From: an uncultured Acidobacteriota bacterium
GTDB lineage: Bacteria; Acidobacteriota; Blastocatellia; RBC074
Length of the DNA stretch: 64,000 bases
Reading direction: 5' to 3'
Assembly: GCA_963796275.1 (NCBI GenBank)
Contig: CAWCKY010000004.1
Span: forward strand, 1,577,431-1,641,430
Part shown: positions 1 through 10,790 of the stretch, in pieces
Layout: each line of letters begins with the position of its first letter
Position numbering within the stretch: the stretch's first letter is position 1
The notes under the pieces: model-generated
The model's database searches: none
The model's input: the letters and a program-made list of their open reading frames with translations, nothing else
What the model was told of the DNA's origin: nothing
Translations under genes and position numbers: made by a program

Positions 1-1509
1 GATCAGGACGCCGTATGCGCGCATACCGCGTTCCGCCCTTCTCCTAGACCATTCCTTCTGCGATTCGGGAGAAACATCGCTGATTCCGTCGCTGACGCAG
101 ATCACGTCGGCCTTCTCGAACTGCGATCCGTCCACCAACTCCAGCGCCTTCTCCATCCACGGCTTAAAGACAGTCCCGCCATTGAAGAAGAAACTGGCGC
201 AGGCGATCACCTCGGCGGGCGTGGCTTCGCCTTTCGGAAACAGGTCGAGCCGCAAGTCGTCCGGGCCCGAGAAATGGATCACGGCCAGGTCGCGCTTCTG
301 CAGTCTCGCGATCGAGAGCAAAGCCAGCATCACTGCCTTGGACCACACCTCGCCCGTCATCCCTCCGTAGTCGGTCGTCATTGAACCTGACTCGTCGATG
401 GCGATGATGATCGGCCCCTGGCCTTCTGGCTCGTTGCCGATCAGGTCGTACTGCATCAGGCTGTTTTCGGCAAATTTGAGATAGAAGAGGTCTTCGAGGT
501 CGGTATCGGCCAGCAATGCGATCTCGCTCGGCAGCAGACGTTCAATTTCACAGCCCGTGGTAATCGAAGTGATCTCGTCGGGCGGATGCTTGACGCGAGT
601 CTTCTGTTGCTGAAGCGCGATGCGAGTGAAACGACCGCAGACGGCGGCGATCTGTTGCAGTTTCGGCGACCGACCCACCTGTTGCGCAATGACGAGCTTC
701 TCTTTTGTCGTGAGCGATCGCCCGCTCCCGCCGTTCTCCGTACCAAAGCCGATGTCATAGCCGCCGCCGAAGGCATTGATCGCGTCGTTGGCCTGCTCAA
801 CCTCGGCCATCGCTTCGGCCAGACCTCGTCGGACGGCCCGGCGCACATTCTGTTCACGCTCTTCGGTCGACTCTTCCAGTTTGCGGTTCAGACGCTCCGC
901 TTTCTTCTCTCTCTTTGCGGCGTCTGCTCTCGCTTGCATTGCCTCTCGTTTCAACTGTTCGGATCGTTCCTCATCCGGCGACAGCGCCGCCAGTTCGTCG
1001 AGCGCTTCGGCACGGGCGAATAACTGCTCGACCTCGCCGGCCAGTTCGTGCAGTTGGTTGAGATACTTGATCGTCTCTTTATCGAGGGCGGTCACGGCTG
1101 AAGCCGCACATCCGATTGTCGCCATCGCGCTGGAGAGCGAATCTCCCACCGTGCCGCTCTCACGCATCTCGCGCCATTCGGTCGTGGAGAAGATATGCTC
1201 GATGATCCCACGGTTGATTTTGTGCGCCGGAGAGAGTGGCGCGACTGGAGCGATTCGCGGAACGCGTTTGTGGAAGCTCCAGAACAGGTCACGCAAAAGT
1301 GCCGGGCCGGTGCGGATCGTATCCGCCGTCTCATCAACCGTCCGAGCCAGCCGCGCGTACTCATCCGCCGCCTGCACAAACGTCTCTACATCGAATCCGT
1401 CGTGCGCTATCGCCTGGCTGCCATCAGTAATTGCGCCGGCAACACTTTTGGAGTCTGGCAGGTCGGCGACAAGCTCCGGCTCCTGGATTTGTTTGCTGAT
1501 TGTTTCCAT
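1..1509 (-). CDS. VWA-domain protein (ViaA-like), runs off window start
   Basis: ATG at 1509 (METISKQ) is in frame with the window edge; translation shows MIDAS motif IIAIDESGSM, NGGT and VICVSDG; lies downstream of a MoxR ATPase. Confidence 0.8.
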   Translation of the reverse strand, partial: METISKQIQEPELVADLPDSKSVAGAITDGSQAIAHDGFDVETFVQAADEYARLARTVDETADTIRTGPALLRDLFWSFHKRVPRIAPVAPLSPAHKINRGIIEHIFSTTEWREMRESGTVGDSLSSAMATIGCAASAVTALDKETIKYLNQLHELAGEVEQLFARAEALDELAALSPDEERSEQLKREAMQARADAAKREKKAERLNRKLEESTEEREQNVRRAVRRGLAEAMAEVEQANDAINAFGGGYDIGFGTENGGSGRSLTTKEKLVIAQQVGRSPKLQQIAAVCGRFTRIALQQQKTRVKHPPDEITSITTGCEIERLLPSEIALLADTDLEDLFYLKFAENSLMQYDLIGNEPEGQGPIIIAIDESGSMTTDYGGMTGEVWSKAVMLALLSIARLQKRDLAVIHFSGPDDLRLDLFPKGEATPAEVIACASFFFNGGTVFKPWMEKALELVDGSQFEKADVICVSDGISDVSPESQKEWSRRRAERGMRAYGVLI

Positions 1510-1558
1510 AAGGTCACCTGATCGGATGGTTAAAGGACCAGCGAGGCGATCTCCTGCT

Positions 1559-2752
1559 TCATCTTCCGATGGCCTCGATCACCTTATCGATTCGAGTCGT
1601 GTCGCGCCCCTGCTCGACTGCCTGCTCGCGCAGTTCCTGCAATTTCGCGCCGATCTGCTTGAGTTTCGTGTTGGCCTCGATCGCGGCCTGCATCTTCTGC
1701 TCCTCGCTCTGCGCGGCTTGCTGCGCGTCCATGCATTCACGATGGACCGACGCCGCCTGGTCTTCGTAATCAACGGCCTTGGAGTTGAGCGGATTGCCGA
1801 TGCGGGCGAGCGCCTTGCCGATCTCGGCCTGTTGTTCGGGCGATTGCCACAGGACGTGTTTGAGGAAGAACAAGATCATCCTCGGTCACCGCGTCGCGCC
1901 CTTCCGCGAGCGCGTGAGCCTGCAACACGCCGAGCGCCTGTCCCCATCGCCGGTCGCTGATGATGATTCCCTTGCCAGCGAGATCCCTGCGCAATTGCTC
2001 AATCAGGTCGATCGCCGCGTTCGGAATGGCGACCTGCGCGGCAGCCTGCTGCAAAGCGGCAAGCTCTGACTGCAAGAGCGTCATCGGCTGGCTGCCATTC
2101 GAGTTATGACCGTTATGCTTCGCCGGCGAGCGGCGCGGATGAATTTGGCGAAGCCGGTGTCGGTGACGTAGCCGACACGGAAGCGCAGCAGGAACCGATC
2201 CCAGAGCGCTTCGAGTTCATTGCCCTGCGGCATCTCGTTGCTCGCGCCGAAGAGCGAGATCAGCGGGACCTGCATCTCCTGGTCGCCGTTGTGGAAGACT
2301 CGCTCATTGGCGATCTTCAGCAAGGCGTTCAGGATCGCGCTGCTAGCCTTGAAGATTTCGTCGAGGAAAACGAGTTCGGCCTCGACAAGTTTTCCAGCCG
2401 TGATGCGCCTGTACTCATCGCGCTTAAGCCCGCTGACCGACACCGGCCCGAAGAGTTCTTCCGGCGTCGTGAAGCGAGTCATCAGATATGCGAAGCTCCG
2501 CAGGCCCGAGCCGTTCTGCGGGCCGATGCGCTCGGCAAGATTCGTGATCAAGGCCGACTTCGCCGTGCCCGGCGGTCCAAGTACGACCAGGTGTTGCCGT
2601 GCGAGCAATGCGACCAGAGAAGCGCGAATGACCTCGTCGCGCTCGATCAGCGACGCCGCCAATTCGCGTTCGATGGTTTGCAGTTTATCGAGAGACGGTT
2701 TGATGGATGCGAGATTGAGTGTTGTGGACATAGTGATCATCCTTTCACTCAT
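1559..2752 (-). CDS. MoxR/RavA-family AAA+ ATPase (three frames; probable sequencing frameshifts)
   Basis: GPPGTAKS Walker A, FTTPEELFGP, VFLDEIFKA Walker B, LWDRF; continues in ORFs 1770-2084 (ISDRRW) and 1559-1879. Confidence 0.85.
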
Positions 2753-3717
2753 CTGCGTGCCGCTTCCATCTTTCTGCTCGATGCCGTGAGGAGGTTGGCG
2801 TCGCCTTTTCGTGCGCTGTGCGCTATACGGATACGGATTGGCGGAGGAGATGAATCTCCAGGTGCTTCAGTCAGGGATTCATGCAAGTATCCTGGGCGTA
2901 ATGCAAATTGAAGACTCCACAAAACGGCGAAGTCACGTGATTAGTGGTCAGGATAGATTGAATGCTGGCCTGTCGGTAGGTGGCTGCTAGGATTGTGTCA
3001 GGAACCGCTTGCGACCCAAGGAGAACTTTTGCAACCAGGCAAGGAGCTGTCTGGTCGCGGCGTCGTCAGGAAAGATGCGCACTGCTTCCCGCGCCGTCCA
3101 CCACTACTCGGCAGTTGTTGGCTGCGGTCATATCGAGCGACTTATTAGTTATCAAGTGTTCTGTGACAGGACGGAGTTGGGTTGGGCTCCAGGTTTTGGA
3201 ACTTCAATTGTCTTGAGCGAATCGGATAGATAGAGGGTTTTACATTGATCGCCAGTTGCAATAAGCTTTTGATCGCTTATCCTAAACCCTAACAATGATC
3301 CGATGCTATGCGCTAATAAGTTTTTTGGATTACCTTCAACAGTTGGCTCACCAACATTAACCCACCTATTTACTGTCCCGGTGAACAAATCGGCGACTTG
3401 AACCAAATTAAAAGCCGCAGAGTCTAATGTCCTTACGTCATTCAAACTGACTTGCCCCGGTGAGAACAGGGCTTTAGCCCCAGTAAGTATTCGTCTCTCC
3501 ATCTCAGCTATTTCAAGCTTGTCTGTGTCACTATCCGCATCCTTAGAGATGCGTACAGATATGGGGGGACTGATTCTTCTTGCATCAAACTCAGACTTAA
3601 TACCTTGGAGAACGGTCTCAGCAAATGCATCATATATCGCCTTTGAAAGTCGGTTTGATGGAATACCCTTTCTCTCTATTATGAGCGCGACAAAAGAATT
3701 AAGTTGTGTTTGTATAA

Positions 3718-5230
3718 CTCGACTTTAGATAAACGCGGCTGGGGCTTCCACCACAGCCGCGCCAGGGTTAGTTGTTATGCGTGACCATCAACAAACCAAC
3801 CCAAGAACATATTAATTCACTGACGGACTTTCGTCAGCAAGTTTACGCGCTCTTTGAAAATCAGCACGATGCGTTGTTTGAAATCATGGATGCAGTAATC
3901 CAGACACCGGCCGCGCGCTCCTATGCTGAACTCTCGCTAGCTCCTGCCTTCACCAGGAAGTGGCCTAGCCTTTATAGCGCACTCGCCGACGGGTCGATTG
4001 ATGTTAAAGAGCTGCGGGAGCTATGTCTGAAGCAAATGCCGCGGACGCAAGCGCGAATCCATTTCGCCATCGACGTGATGGCCGTTCGGCGAATGAATTC
4101 GCCAACCTTGAAGGATCGCGTCTTTTGCCACGGGGCGAAACGCGAGGTTTCAGGCACTGGTATCATTATCGGATTGCCGTACTCGATTCTCGCTTTCGTC
4201 AAGCAGCGCGGGGCGAGTTGGGCGCCCTCGCTTCATACGCAACGAGTCAAACCCAGTCAGAGCGCCGTGGATGTCGCAGTAAGGCAAGCCAGTTGGATCG
4301 CCGAGCAGCTGACGGCAGAGACGAGCCCCGAGATAGCTCTGGACGGCAGCTATGGCAATCTCAAATTCTTTCGTGGGATACGCGGCGTGAGAAGTTTTGC
4401 GACGGCCCGAATGCGAAATGATAGGGTGCTCTACCAAATCCCGCAGACACCCGCTGAAGGCGAACCGATGAAGCCTGGACGTCCACCCAAATATGGCCAG
4501 GAATTCCGCTTCGCTGACCCCCAGACTTGGCCGACACCGGATGAAGTCCTCGAGTTTGAAAACGCGCAATATGGGCGTGTCCGTCTGCAATTGTGGTCAA
4601 CCTTACGATTCCGGACGAAAAAGAATGAGATTGTTGATATCCCCGCCGTTGTCCGCTCGCAGATTCATTTGGAGAGGGACCAGCCGCCCGCACCGCATTG
4701 GTACGGAGTACATAATGGGACGACAGAAGAGACCACTCTGGGTCGCGTCTTTGAGTGCATCACGCATCGTTGGCCGATAGAGCCCGCCAACCGATTTCGC
4801 AAAGAAAGACTCTACGCCGAGCTGCCGAAAGTGCGACAAGCCGAGGCCAGCGATCTCTGGCTTCAGCTTCTACAAGTCATCGAGTGGCAACTTTACCTCT
4901 GGCATCCGGCGGCGAATGATGCTCATCTGCCGTGGCAAAAGCCTCTTGCTCTCGAGCAATTGACGCCCGGCAGAGTGATCCGCTCGCTGAGTGAGAATTT
5001 AAAACGAGTAGGCACGCCGGTTTCGGCTGTGCTACCACGAGGAAAATCTCCAGGCTGGCCTTCAGGCCGAGTCCGGACAGCGCCAACGACCTACCTTCTT
5101 GAGTCGATGAAGCGTAAAAAGGCGCTAGAAATGTCAAAGAACGAATGAAACAAATGAAATGTTGAACGAAAGTAGCTCTTTTCAACCTGATGGATAGTCA
5201 GGTTTTGGGAGAGCGTTATCTAAAGTCGAG
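3718..5230 (+). mobile_element. IS701-like insertion sequence
   Basis: Terminal inverted repeats CTCGACTTTAGATAA(A)CGC / GCGTTATCTAAAGTCGAG; 5-bp target duplication TATAA at 3713-3717 and 5231-5235. Confidence 0.9.
3772..5148 (+). CDS. DDE transposase, IS701-like
   Basis: 458 aa; FAID, LDGSYGN, RWPIEPANRFRKE and C-terminal PRGKSPGWP motifs. Confidence 0.9.
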   Translation: MLCVTINKPTQEHINSLTDFRQQVYALFENQHDALFEIMDAVIQTPAARSYAELSLAPAFTRKWPSLYSALADGSIDVKELRELCLKQMPRTQARIHFAIDVMAVRRMNSPTLKDRVFCHGAKREVSGTGIIIGLPYSILAFVKQRGASWAPSLHTQRVKPSQSAVDVAVRQASWIAEQLTAETSPEIALDGSYGNLKFFRGIRGVRSFATARMRNDRVLYQIPQTPAEGEPMKPGRPPKYGQEFRFADPQTWPTPDEVLEFENAQYGRVRLQLWSTLRFRTKKNEIVDIPAVVRSQIHLERDQPPAPHWYGVHNGTTEETTLGRVFECITHRWPIEPANRFRKERLYAELPKVRQAEASDLWLQLLQVIEWQLYLWHPAANDAHLPWQKPLALEQLTPGRVIRSLSENLKRVGTPVSAVLPRGKSPGWPSGRVRTAPTTYLLESMKRKKALEMSKNE

Positions 5231-6307
5231 TATAAGCGACTCTCCGAAAAATGATGCTGCAAGTTTAGCATCATCGTGTTTGCTTATTTCGGAAAAGTGA
5301 AATTCTTTTGTGGTATTTCGTGCGGTTCTCCAGTGGTTGAACCTTCTTTCGAAGAACTCCCATTCATTATGGTTGTAAATCCAATAGCTACCGACAACCA
5401 CGTAATCATGAAGTCTTACCACTCTCGTCGGCAAAGATTGCAATTTCTGAAGCAATCCGCCCTTCAGGAGTAAATGCCTCTCTCGCTTCTTCTTCTAGTT
5501 TTCTCCTTTGTCTCCGAACTTGTGGATCGGCCTGAAAAAGGCCGTACTCATTTTGAATTTTAGCTCTGTAACGCTGCATATCGTAGAACTTTGGAATCTC
5601 GTGAAGAGAGTCCAAAGATAATTTTCCATGTGCGTCAATGAACTTTGAATAGAATGTTTCAACCACACGAATAGAAAGTTGGCGGTCTGAGTTTCGCGTG
5701 TCGGGATAGTGATTGAGTACATATGCAACCTGATCTTGCAATTTTACGATTTTGTTTTCACTCAATGCACTTAGAAGCCTATCTCTAGCCCGTTCAATAG
5801 CTAGCCTTTTTTTCTCGTTTTTTTCTTGTGAGAGGTCAGACGCGACTATCTGATTCTGTTCTTCCATCTGATACTCCCCTGAGGTAGAGAATAGTATCTT
5901 AAATTGCGAAGCAGATTTCGGCACCTCGGGTGCTGTACTGCTATGAGCCGCTACGATTGATAGCCAATGTCATGAGAGCGGAAATCAAGTAATATTTCTC
6001 GTCGCTTGATTCCTTCCAGTATATTTAGTGATCTATTTAATGCAAATCTTTCAACTTTTAATTTTCGAACCGCTTTCGCTCAATAACCACGCCAGCATAG
6101 CTTCTGGAATATAGTAGTAGAGTAGGAATCGAGGGGGATCATTCTCAAGGTGTGCGAGCGTTTGGTTTGAGAAGACCGCGCTAGGTTAGAATTGCAAGCC
6201 ACGGTTTTACCTGGCCAAGGCAGCTGAGATTAGCCTCGAACGAGTCTCGGATTAGGTTGCCGAGGGCGATCGGCATTCGTGATGTCAGCCGTTAGCAGCC
6301 TGATCGT

Positions 6308-6514
6308 TTAGATGGTAGATTTTGGGATTCGGTTCGGTGAACCGGAGGTGTCAGTGACCCATATGAATGAACTCGGCCAAAACCTGTGGGTCAATCGCGA
6401 TGAGGTCTCCCGTCGCCACCAGACGGCGGGACAGAATGCCCGAGCAGCAGCCTGGTCGGTATGCTCCTTTACTTCCGCCGCGACCAGAAAGCCGGTGTCC
6501 AGTAAATGAATCAT
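6308..6514 (-). pseudogene. PIN/VapC toxin remnant
   Basis: MIHLLDTGFLVA start and QVLAEFIH in another frame; overlaps the antitoxin stop. Confidence 0.6.
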
Positions 6515-6759
6515 AATCTGCCTTCCAACATTTCACCGAGAATATCGTCCTCGGCTGTCAGTGGACGCAGCATGACACCCAAGCTTACCGGCGCTATTTC
6601 CAGGATGCTATGCGGCTGTGGGCCAGCTGGCCAGGCAGCAGAAACGACCACGGTTACTTCCTGCCCCTCAGGCAATTGTATGCCGTTGTTGAGCACTATA
6701 ACGCCGTTCCTTACGTGGCCACTGGCAACCATAGAAGATACTCCATGTGGAGAAGACAT
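6511..6759 (-). CDS. Putative antitoxin (AF2212/DUF104-like)
   Basis: GHVRNGVIVL..IQLPEGQEVTVVV motif; ATGA overlap with the PIN gene. Confidence 0.6.
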   Translation of the reverse strand: MSSPHGVSSMVASGHVRNGVIVLNNGIQLPEGQEVTVVVSAAWPAGPQPHSILEIAPVSLGVMLRPLTAEDDILGEMLEGRL

Positions 6760-6920
6760 AAAAACATTTTATCAACCAGGTTAAGCAAGCGAAAGTGAGG
6801 GACGCTTGCACGGAACTCTAACGGTGGAAACTGCCGCGAGCGAGAAGGCTTGAATCAATCTGAAGAAAGTCTCGGCGATTCGCCAGTTGTCTATAGCTTC
6901 ATCTCATTTTAGGCATTTGC

Positions 6921-7181
6921 TCAACGCACCACTCCCGCCAGGGTATCGGTGCTATATTGCGGCTCCATGCCTCGAGCATAGTGAATGTTCCGGTACCCGC
7001 CATTTGGCACAGCATAAAGGAGGTCGAGTACGGGATATGCATCCTTGACAGCTCTCACCCATTTGATCAGGGCGACCTGGTGACGACGCACAAGCTCGCG
7101 CGGCTTGGCTCGCCGCTTGACGCCTAATTTCTCCCGGAGAGCTTCGTCAGACAACTCAGAGACGTGAGTGCGGATCGACAT
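6921..7181 (-). pseudogene. 3'-truncated VRR-NUC nuclease
   Basis: Near-identical to the N-terminus of 62963-63451 up to YAVPNGGYRNI, then diverges. Confidence 0.8.
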
Positions 7182-7699
7182 ATTGGTCCTTGTTAAAGAG
7201 ACGAAGGGCTTGGAACCCTCATTAGATGTAAGCGGGCAAATGGCGAACTAACGAACGAGAGCGTCGCCGCTCACCGTCCCTGCGAGCCGCTTCTGTTTTT
7301 CGAGCGAATTGGGAATGCGGTGGTCTCGGACAGGCGTGTCATCGCGATCTGTCGAAACCGGGGGCCGAGGCGATCGAGCCAGCGCTGGACGCTGATGGAT
7401 GTGATCGGTAGATTGCGAACTGCGGCGTCGTCAACTCCCTTGACCCGGACATCCCACGAGGCAATGCGCGTCGTCGAGAGCGTCCTTTCGCGCTGTATCC
7501 GCCTAGCGACGAGCGCTGCCAGGTGAAAGCAGACCTTCTCGTTTGAATAATGATCTTGATCGAACGCAATCCAAATAGGTCTGCCGTGTGTGAGTTCGAT
7601 GATCGGGCTGTGATTGGCCGTTACGCATGGCGTCGCGACAATATACAACTCAGGATGGATGGCAGAGAGGACATCCGCTTTGAGCACTCCCTCGACGAT
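6984..7699. repeat. Copy 1 of a ~0.7-kb diverged direct repeat (VRR-NUC 5' part + primase 3' part)
   Basis: Aligns by eye with 63254-63955. Confidence 0.85.
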
Positions 7700-8434
7700 C
7701 ACAATCCGGGCATCACGCGGAACATCAGCAAGATGGAACTTGAAATGTAACGGGCTGCCCGAGCCGGACCCGTGCGGCAGATCGGAAGAGGAGAGCCAGA
7801 GGTATCGCAACCCTTTCTTCGAAGCGATCGGCAGTCGAATCTGGCAGGCTTGAATGCGCCCCGAGTCATCGCGCACAGGGATAAGCAGTCTCGGGAGCAG
7901 ATAATCTTTCGGCTTCCAGAGATGCACCCCCTGCCAGTCCTCCCAGAGCCCTGGAATGCCGCGCAGCGAACCAACGCCCGGAAACTGGTCATTTATCTCC
8001 TGCAGGAGCAGCCGCGAGATGCGGTCTCGCTCTCTCGAACCTCCGGCCAGCCCTCCGTAATTGCCGATATGACATTCGTTTAATCCGCGCGCAAGAAGCC
8101 CCGTCTCTCCGGCGATGAGCACGCCTGGATAGAGAGTGGCCGGGCTGAGTTCGATCAGTTTGCCGTAGATGAAGTCGCGAATTTCGATAGAAGCGATCGG
8201 CGACTGCGGAAGATCGGCGGCGAGGCGAACGCCAATTCCCTTCTCTTCATGCGAATCTTCGTGAATGAAGATCGCGCCGCCGTGGCTGTTGATCTTGCGC
8301 GCACCATCGCTTACGCGCATACACACGGAGAGAGTCTCGTCTCGGACAAACACGCACCAGTCCGGCTTTCCGCATATTCGGCAAGGCCTGCGCCGATTGA
8401 CGCGGCAGAAGACGTTTGAAGTCGATGTCGGCAT
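7271..8434 (-). CDS. Primase-like protein (Zn finger + TOPRIM/DUF3854-like)
   Basis: PCRICGKPDWC zinc finger, IVEGVLKAD, IAFDQD and KGVDDA TOPRIM motifs. Confidence 0.8.
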   Translation of the reverse strand: MPTSTSNVFCRVNRRRPCRICGKPDWCVFVRDETLSVCMRVSDGARKINSHGGAIFIHEDSHEEKGIGVRLAADLPQSPIASIEIRDFIYGKLIELSPATLYPGVLIAGETGLLARGLNECHIGNYGGLAGGSRERDRISRLLLQEINDQFPGVGSLRGIPGLWEDWQGVHLWKPKDYLLPRLLIPVRDDSGRIQACQIRLPIASKKGLRYLWLSSSDLPHGSGSGSPLHFKFHLADVPRDARIVIVEGVLKADVLSAIHPELYIVATPCVTANHSPIIELTHGRPIWIAFDQDHYSNEKVCFHLAALVARRIQRERTLSTTRIASWDVRVKGVDDAAVRNLPITSISVQRWLDRLGPRFRQIAMTRLSETTAFPIRSKNRSGSQGR

Positions 8435-8607
8435 GGCGTCACTGCAAACCGCGCCATTTTCAGACCGATGAAGCGCGCCGATTGAGGAGCGCCCTCATTG
8501 ACCGGATAACCAGCAAGACGCCGACGACTTCTCCCTTGAACGGCCGCCGGTCGAAATAACCAAACCGGTCTGGTCGGTAGTTTTTTGATTTTCGTGAGGA
8601 GATCCAG

Positions 8608-9072
8608 TCACCTATCGGGTATATCCCAGCCCAAGCTATAAACAGACTCCTCTCCTTTATAACCGATTATCTTCAGATCAGATTGCCTGATGTAATTTTC
8701 CGAAAGAATGAACGTGGCGTAGGCGCAATGGTCCGGATCACCGAAACGAACCAATGAAGATAAACCACAATCACCAAGAGCGACTCCTGTGCGTGCAGCT
8801 TGGAGATAGACCTCAAGCTCCGCATCGAATAAAACCGTCTTATCCGCGCAGTTATAAATCCGCACGCCCGCCACTGCATCTTCATATTTTGTATAAGTGT
8901 TGATTGCGCCTTCCTTCTGTCCGAAGAGTACGCGGATGCCACCAGCCGGAGCATCGTAAATGCGCACACTATACCCGTCGCGGCTTGGAACAATTTTGTG
9001 TTCGACCATGGCAAAATCCTCCTTTTGCGCACTACCGTCGCCCGCTTTGTTCTTGTATGAGTGCTGAGCCAT
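8608..9072 (-). CDS. Hypothetical protein
   Basis: 154-aa ORF co-oriented with the primase; no recognised motif. Confidence 0.55.
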   Translation of the reverse strand: MAQHSYKNKAGDGSAQKEDFAMVEHKIVPSRDGYSVRIYDAPAGGIRVLFGQKEGAINTYTKYEDAVAGVRIYNCADKTVLFDAELEVYLQAARTGVALGDCGLSSLVRFGDPDHCAYATFILSENYIRQSDLKIIGYKGEESVYSLGWDIPDR

Positions 9073-9200
9073 TTCTTGCTGCCCCTGACTCGTTGCGTGA
9101 TCGCATAAGACCCCGAGCGGCGTTGAGGTCTGCTCTGGCGGATGTCGAAATCTTAAGTCCTTTCCATTGCCATTTTCTCTTCAACCTATTCCGCAAAGCC

Positions 9201-9548
9201 TCACTCTTCCCGCTTCTGTGTGCGGATTTTGCGAGGTGAGAGGTATTGAAGAAATCTCATCACCGGGAATGCGGCTTCGTCCGGCGCTCTATCGACTACC
9301 GAGATACCCGTCAATTCTTTCAAGCGGTAGTCTTCAACCCCTTCGATTACTGTCCTTGTAATCTCAGGAGCGACGTCATATAACCTGCAAGCCTCGACAT
9401 GCCTATTGACGAGCATGAGGACGTGGTCGATAACAGGCGTCTCCAGTTCTTGAGTCTTGAAACATCTTTCGATGATTTTACTTATCTGATCGACAGTGAT
9501 GGTCGGCATCTTCCCTCCTCTTGGCTGGTTAAAACGCGGCGAGAACAA
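9201..9548 (-). CDS. Hypothetical protein
   Basis: ORF with GAGGGA before the internal ATG (MPTITV). Confidence 0.5.
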   Translation of the reverse strand: MFSPRFNQPRGGKMPTITVDQISKIIERCFKTQELETPVIDHVLMLVNRHVEACRLYDVAPEITRTVIEGVEDYRLKELTGISVVDRAPDEAAFPVMRFLQYLSPRKIRTQKREE

Positions 9549-10052
9549 GCTACCAGCGCGAGTGCTGGCTTGCGCTCACAATGCCGACCGCTATCTCTTT
9601 GTGATAAGAAGAAAGGCAATGGTATTTAAATGAAGCAATGCGCACCCTCCAGACCATCCTCAGAGTGCGAATGCGAAATGGATTTCAGTTTTGTCGTTTT
9701 CGGGTTGTCTGCGCCCGAAATCAGAGCAACAGAGGGATGAGCCGGAAAATGTCTGGGTGGTGACCGGAGGACCAAAAAGCCGGACTGAGTTTACGCCATC
9801 CAACTATTGGACATTGTACTAACTGCAAATTCGCCCATGGAACCATTCCTACCCTTGAAGGTATTCACGTTGGGTAATATTGACTTTCCGTGAAATTAAT
9901 TGATGAAAGACCGAATTCAGCCATATCACTATATATAGATGAATGATAAGGGACGTATATGTATATGTTGTATAAAAAGAAAAGTAGGTGAAGGGGCAGG
10001 TAGCTCGTTATACTGCCTGCTCACTCTCAGATTCCCAGGAGATTTTCTGGCA

Positions 10053-10598
10053 ATGGCAAAGACAGAAGAGTTAAGTGTGAAGGCGGATCGGAATTGGCTC
10101 CGGCTTCCTGTGGTCTCGTTGGGCGCTGAATATCTAGTGATGGGCTATCTCATGCGCCGCAACATCCTCACATACAAGGCCCCCCCGAACAACGAAGGCT
10201 ATGACTTGATCTGCATTCATCCCGATCCTAGAAGAGTTCCAAGGCAGGGAGAGCGTGCTCAGATCCGGGTTCAGGTTAAGAGCCGATACGCTACGGATTG
10301 CGACCGAGGCTTTCCTGTGAAAGATGTTTCATTCGAAGCATTCGACTTCCTTATTATAGCTTTTCTCAACATCGGAAAGTTCTACGGGCGGAATGATGGG
10401 ACTGATGGAGAGAGAGAGCCTGAGTTTTTCACGCTCCCAAATGAATTTATCAGAAAACATCACAATAAGAGTTCTTCATGGCAGAAGGTCCACCTTCGTC
10501 ACTTAGAAGAAGAGATACGCCCTTTCGCTGGAGAGGCGGGATTCGAACAGATTGCCAAGGCGCTTGGGATTCTTAAACCGACAAAACTTAGGCTCTAA
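10053..10598 (+). CDS. PD-(D/E)XK-family nuclease
   Basis: GAEYLV...NNEGYDLI...VQVKSR pattern. Confidence 0.7.
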   Translation: MAKTEELSVKADRNWLRLPVVSLGAEYLVMGYLMRRNILTYKAPPNNEGYDLICIHPDPRRVPRQGERAQIRVQVKSRYATDCDRGFPVKDVSFEAFDFLIIAFLNIGKFYGRNDGTDGEREPEFFTLPNEFIRKHHNKSSSWQKVHLRHLEEEIRPFAGEAGFEQIAKALGILKPTKLRL

Positions 10599-10639
10599 AG
10601 GTCACTCTGCTTGGGCAGCACCGGAACTTATCACTTATT

Positions 10640-10695
10640 CGTGAGCTTTCGCTGCGCTAGTACGACAATGGGGGCCAGCGCAGCGAATGCTCATG
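10640..10695. repeat. Palindromic repeat, copy 1
   Basis: CGTGAGCTTTCGCTGCGCT...ACAATGGG..CCAGCGCAGCGAATGCTCATG hairpin; related copy at 11572-11632. Confidence 0.7.
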
Positions 10696-10790
10696 GCGTT
10701 TTGGGAGGGCCAAAGCTGGTCGCAGCCAAAGCGGCGCGCTCTGTCCTTACTCTACCGGCTTGGAGAAAGCCACCTTTTTCGCGAAGTGAA

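Larger units (their letters stand above)
3152..5924 (-). pseudogene. DUF3800-family protein interrupted by an IS
   Basis: IFADESGK near the N-part and QVADLF near the C-terminus; removing 3718-5230 and one TATAA copy rejoins ...FFGESLI|QTQLNSF... in frame. Confidence 0.8.

Noticed and set aside
586-1960. Long plus-strand ORFs (e.g. 776-1960) and similar shadows elsewhere
   Set aside because: Antisense shadows of the VWA and ATPase genes with no motifs.
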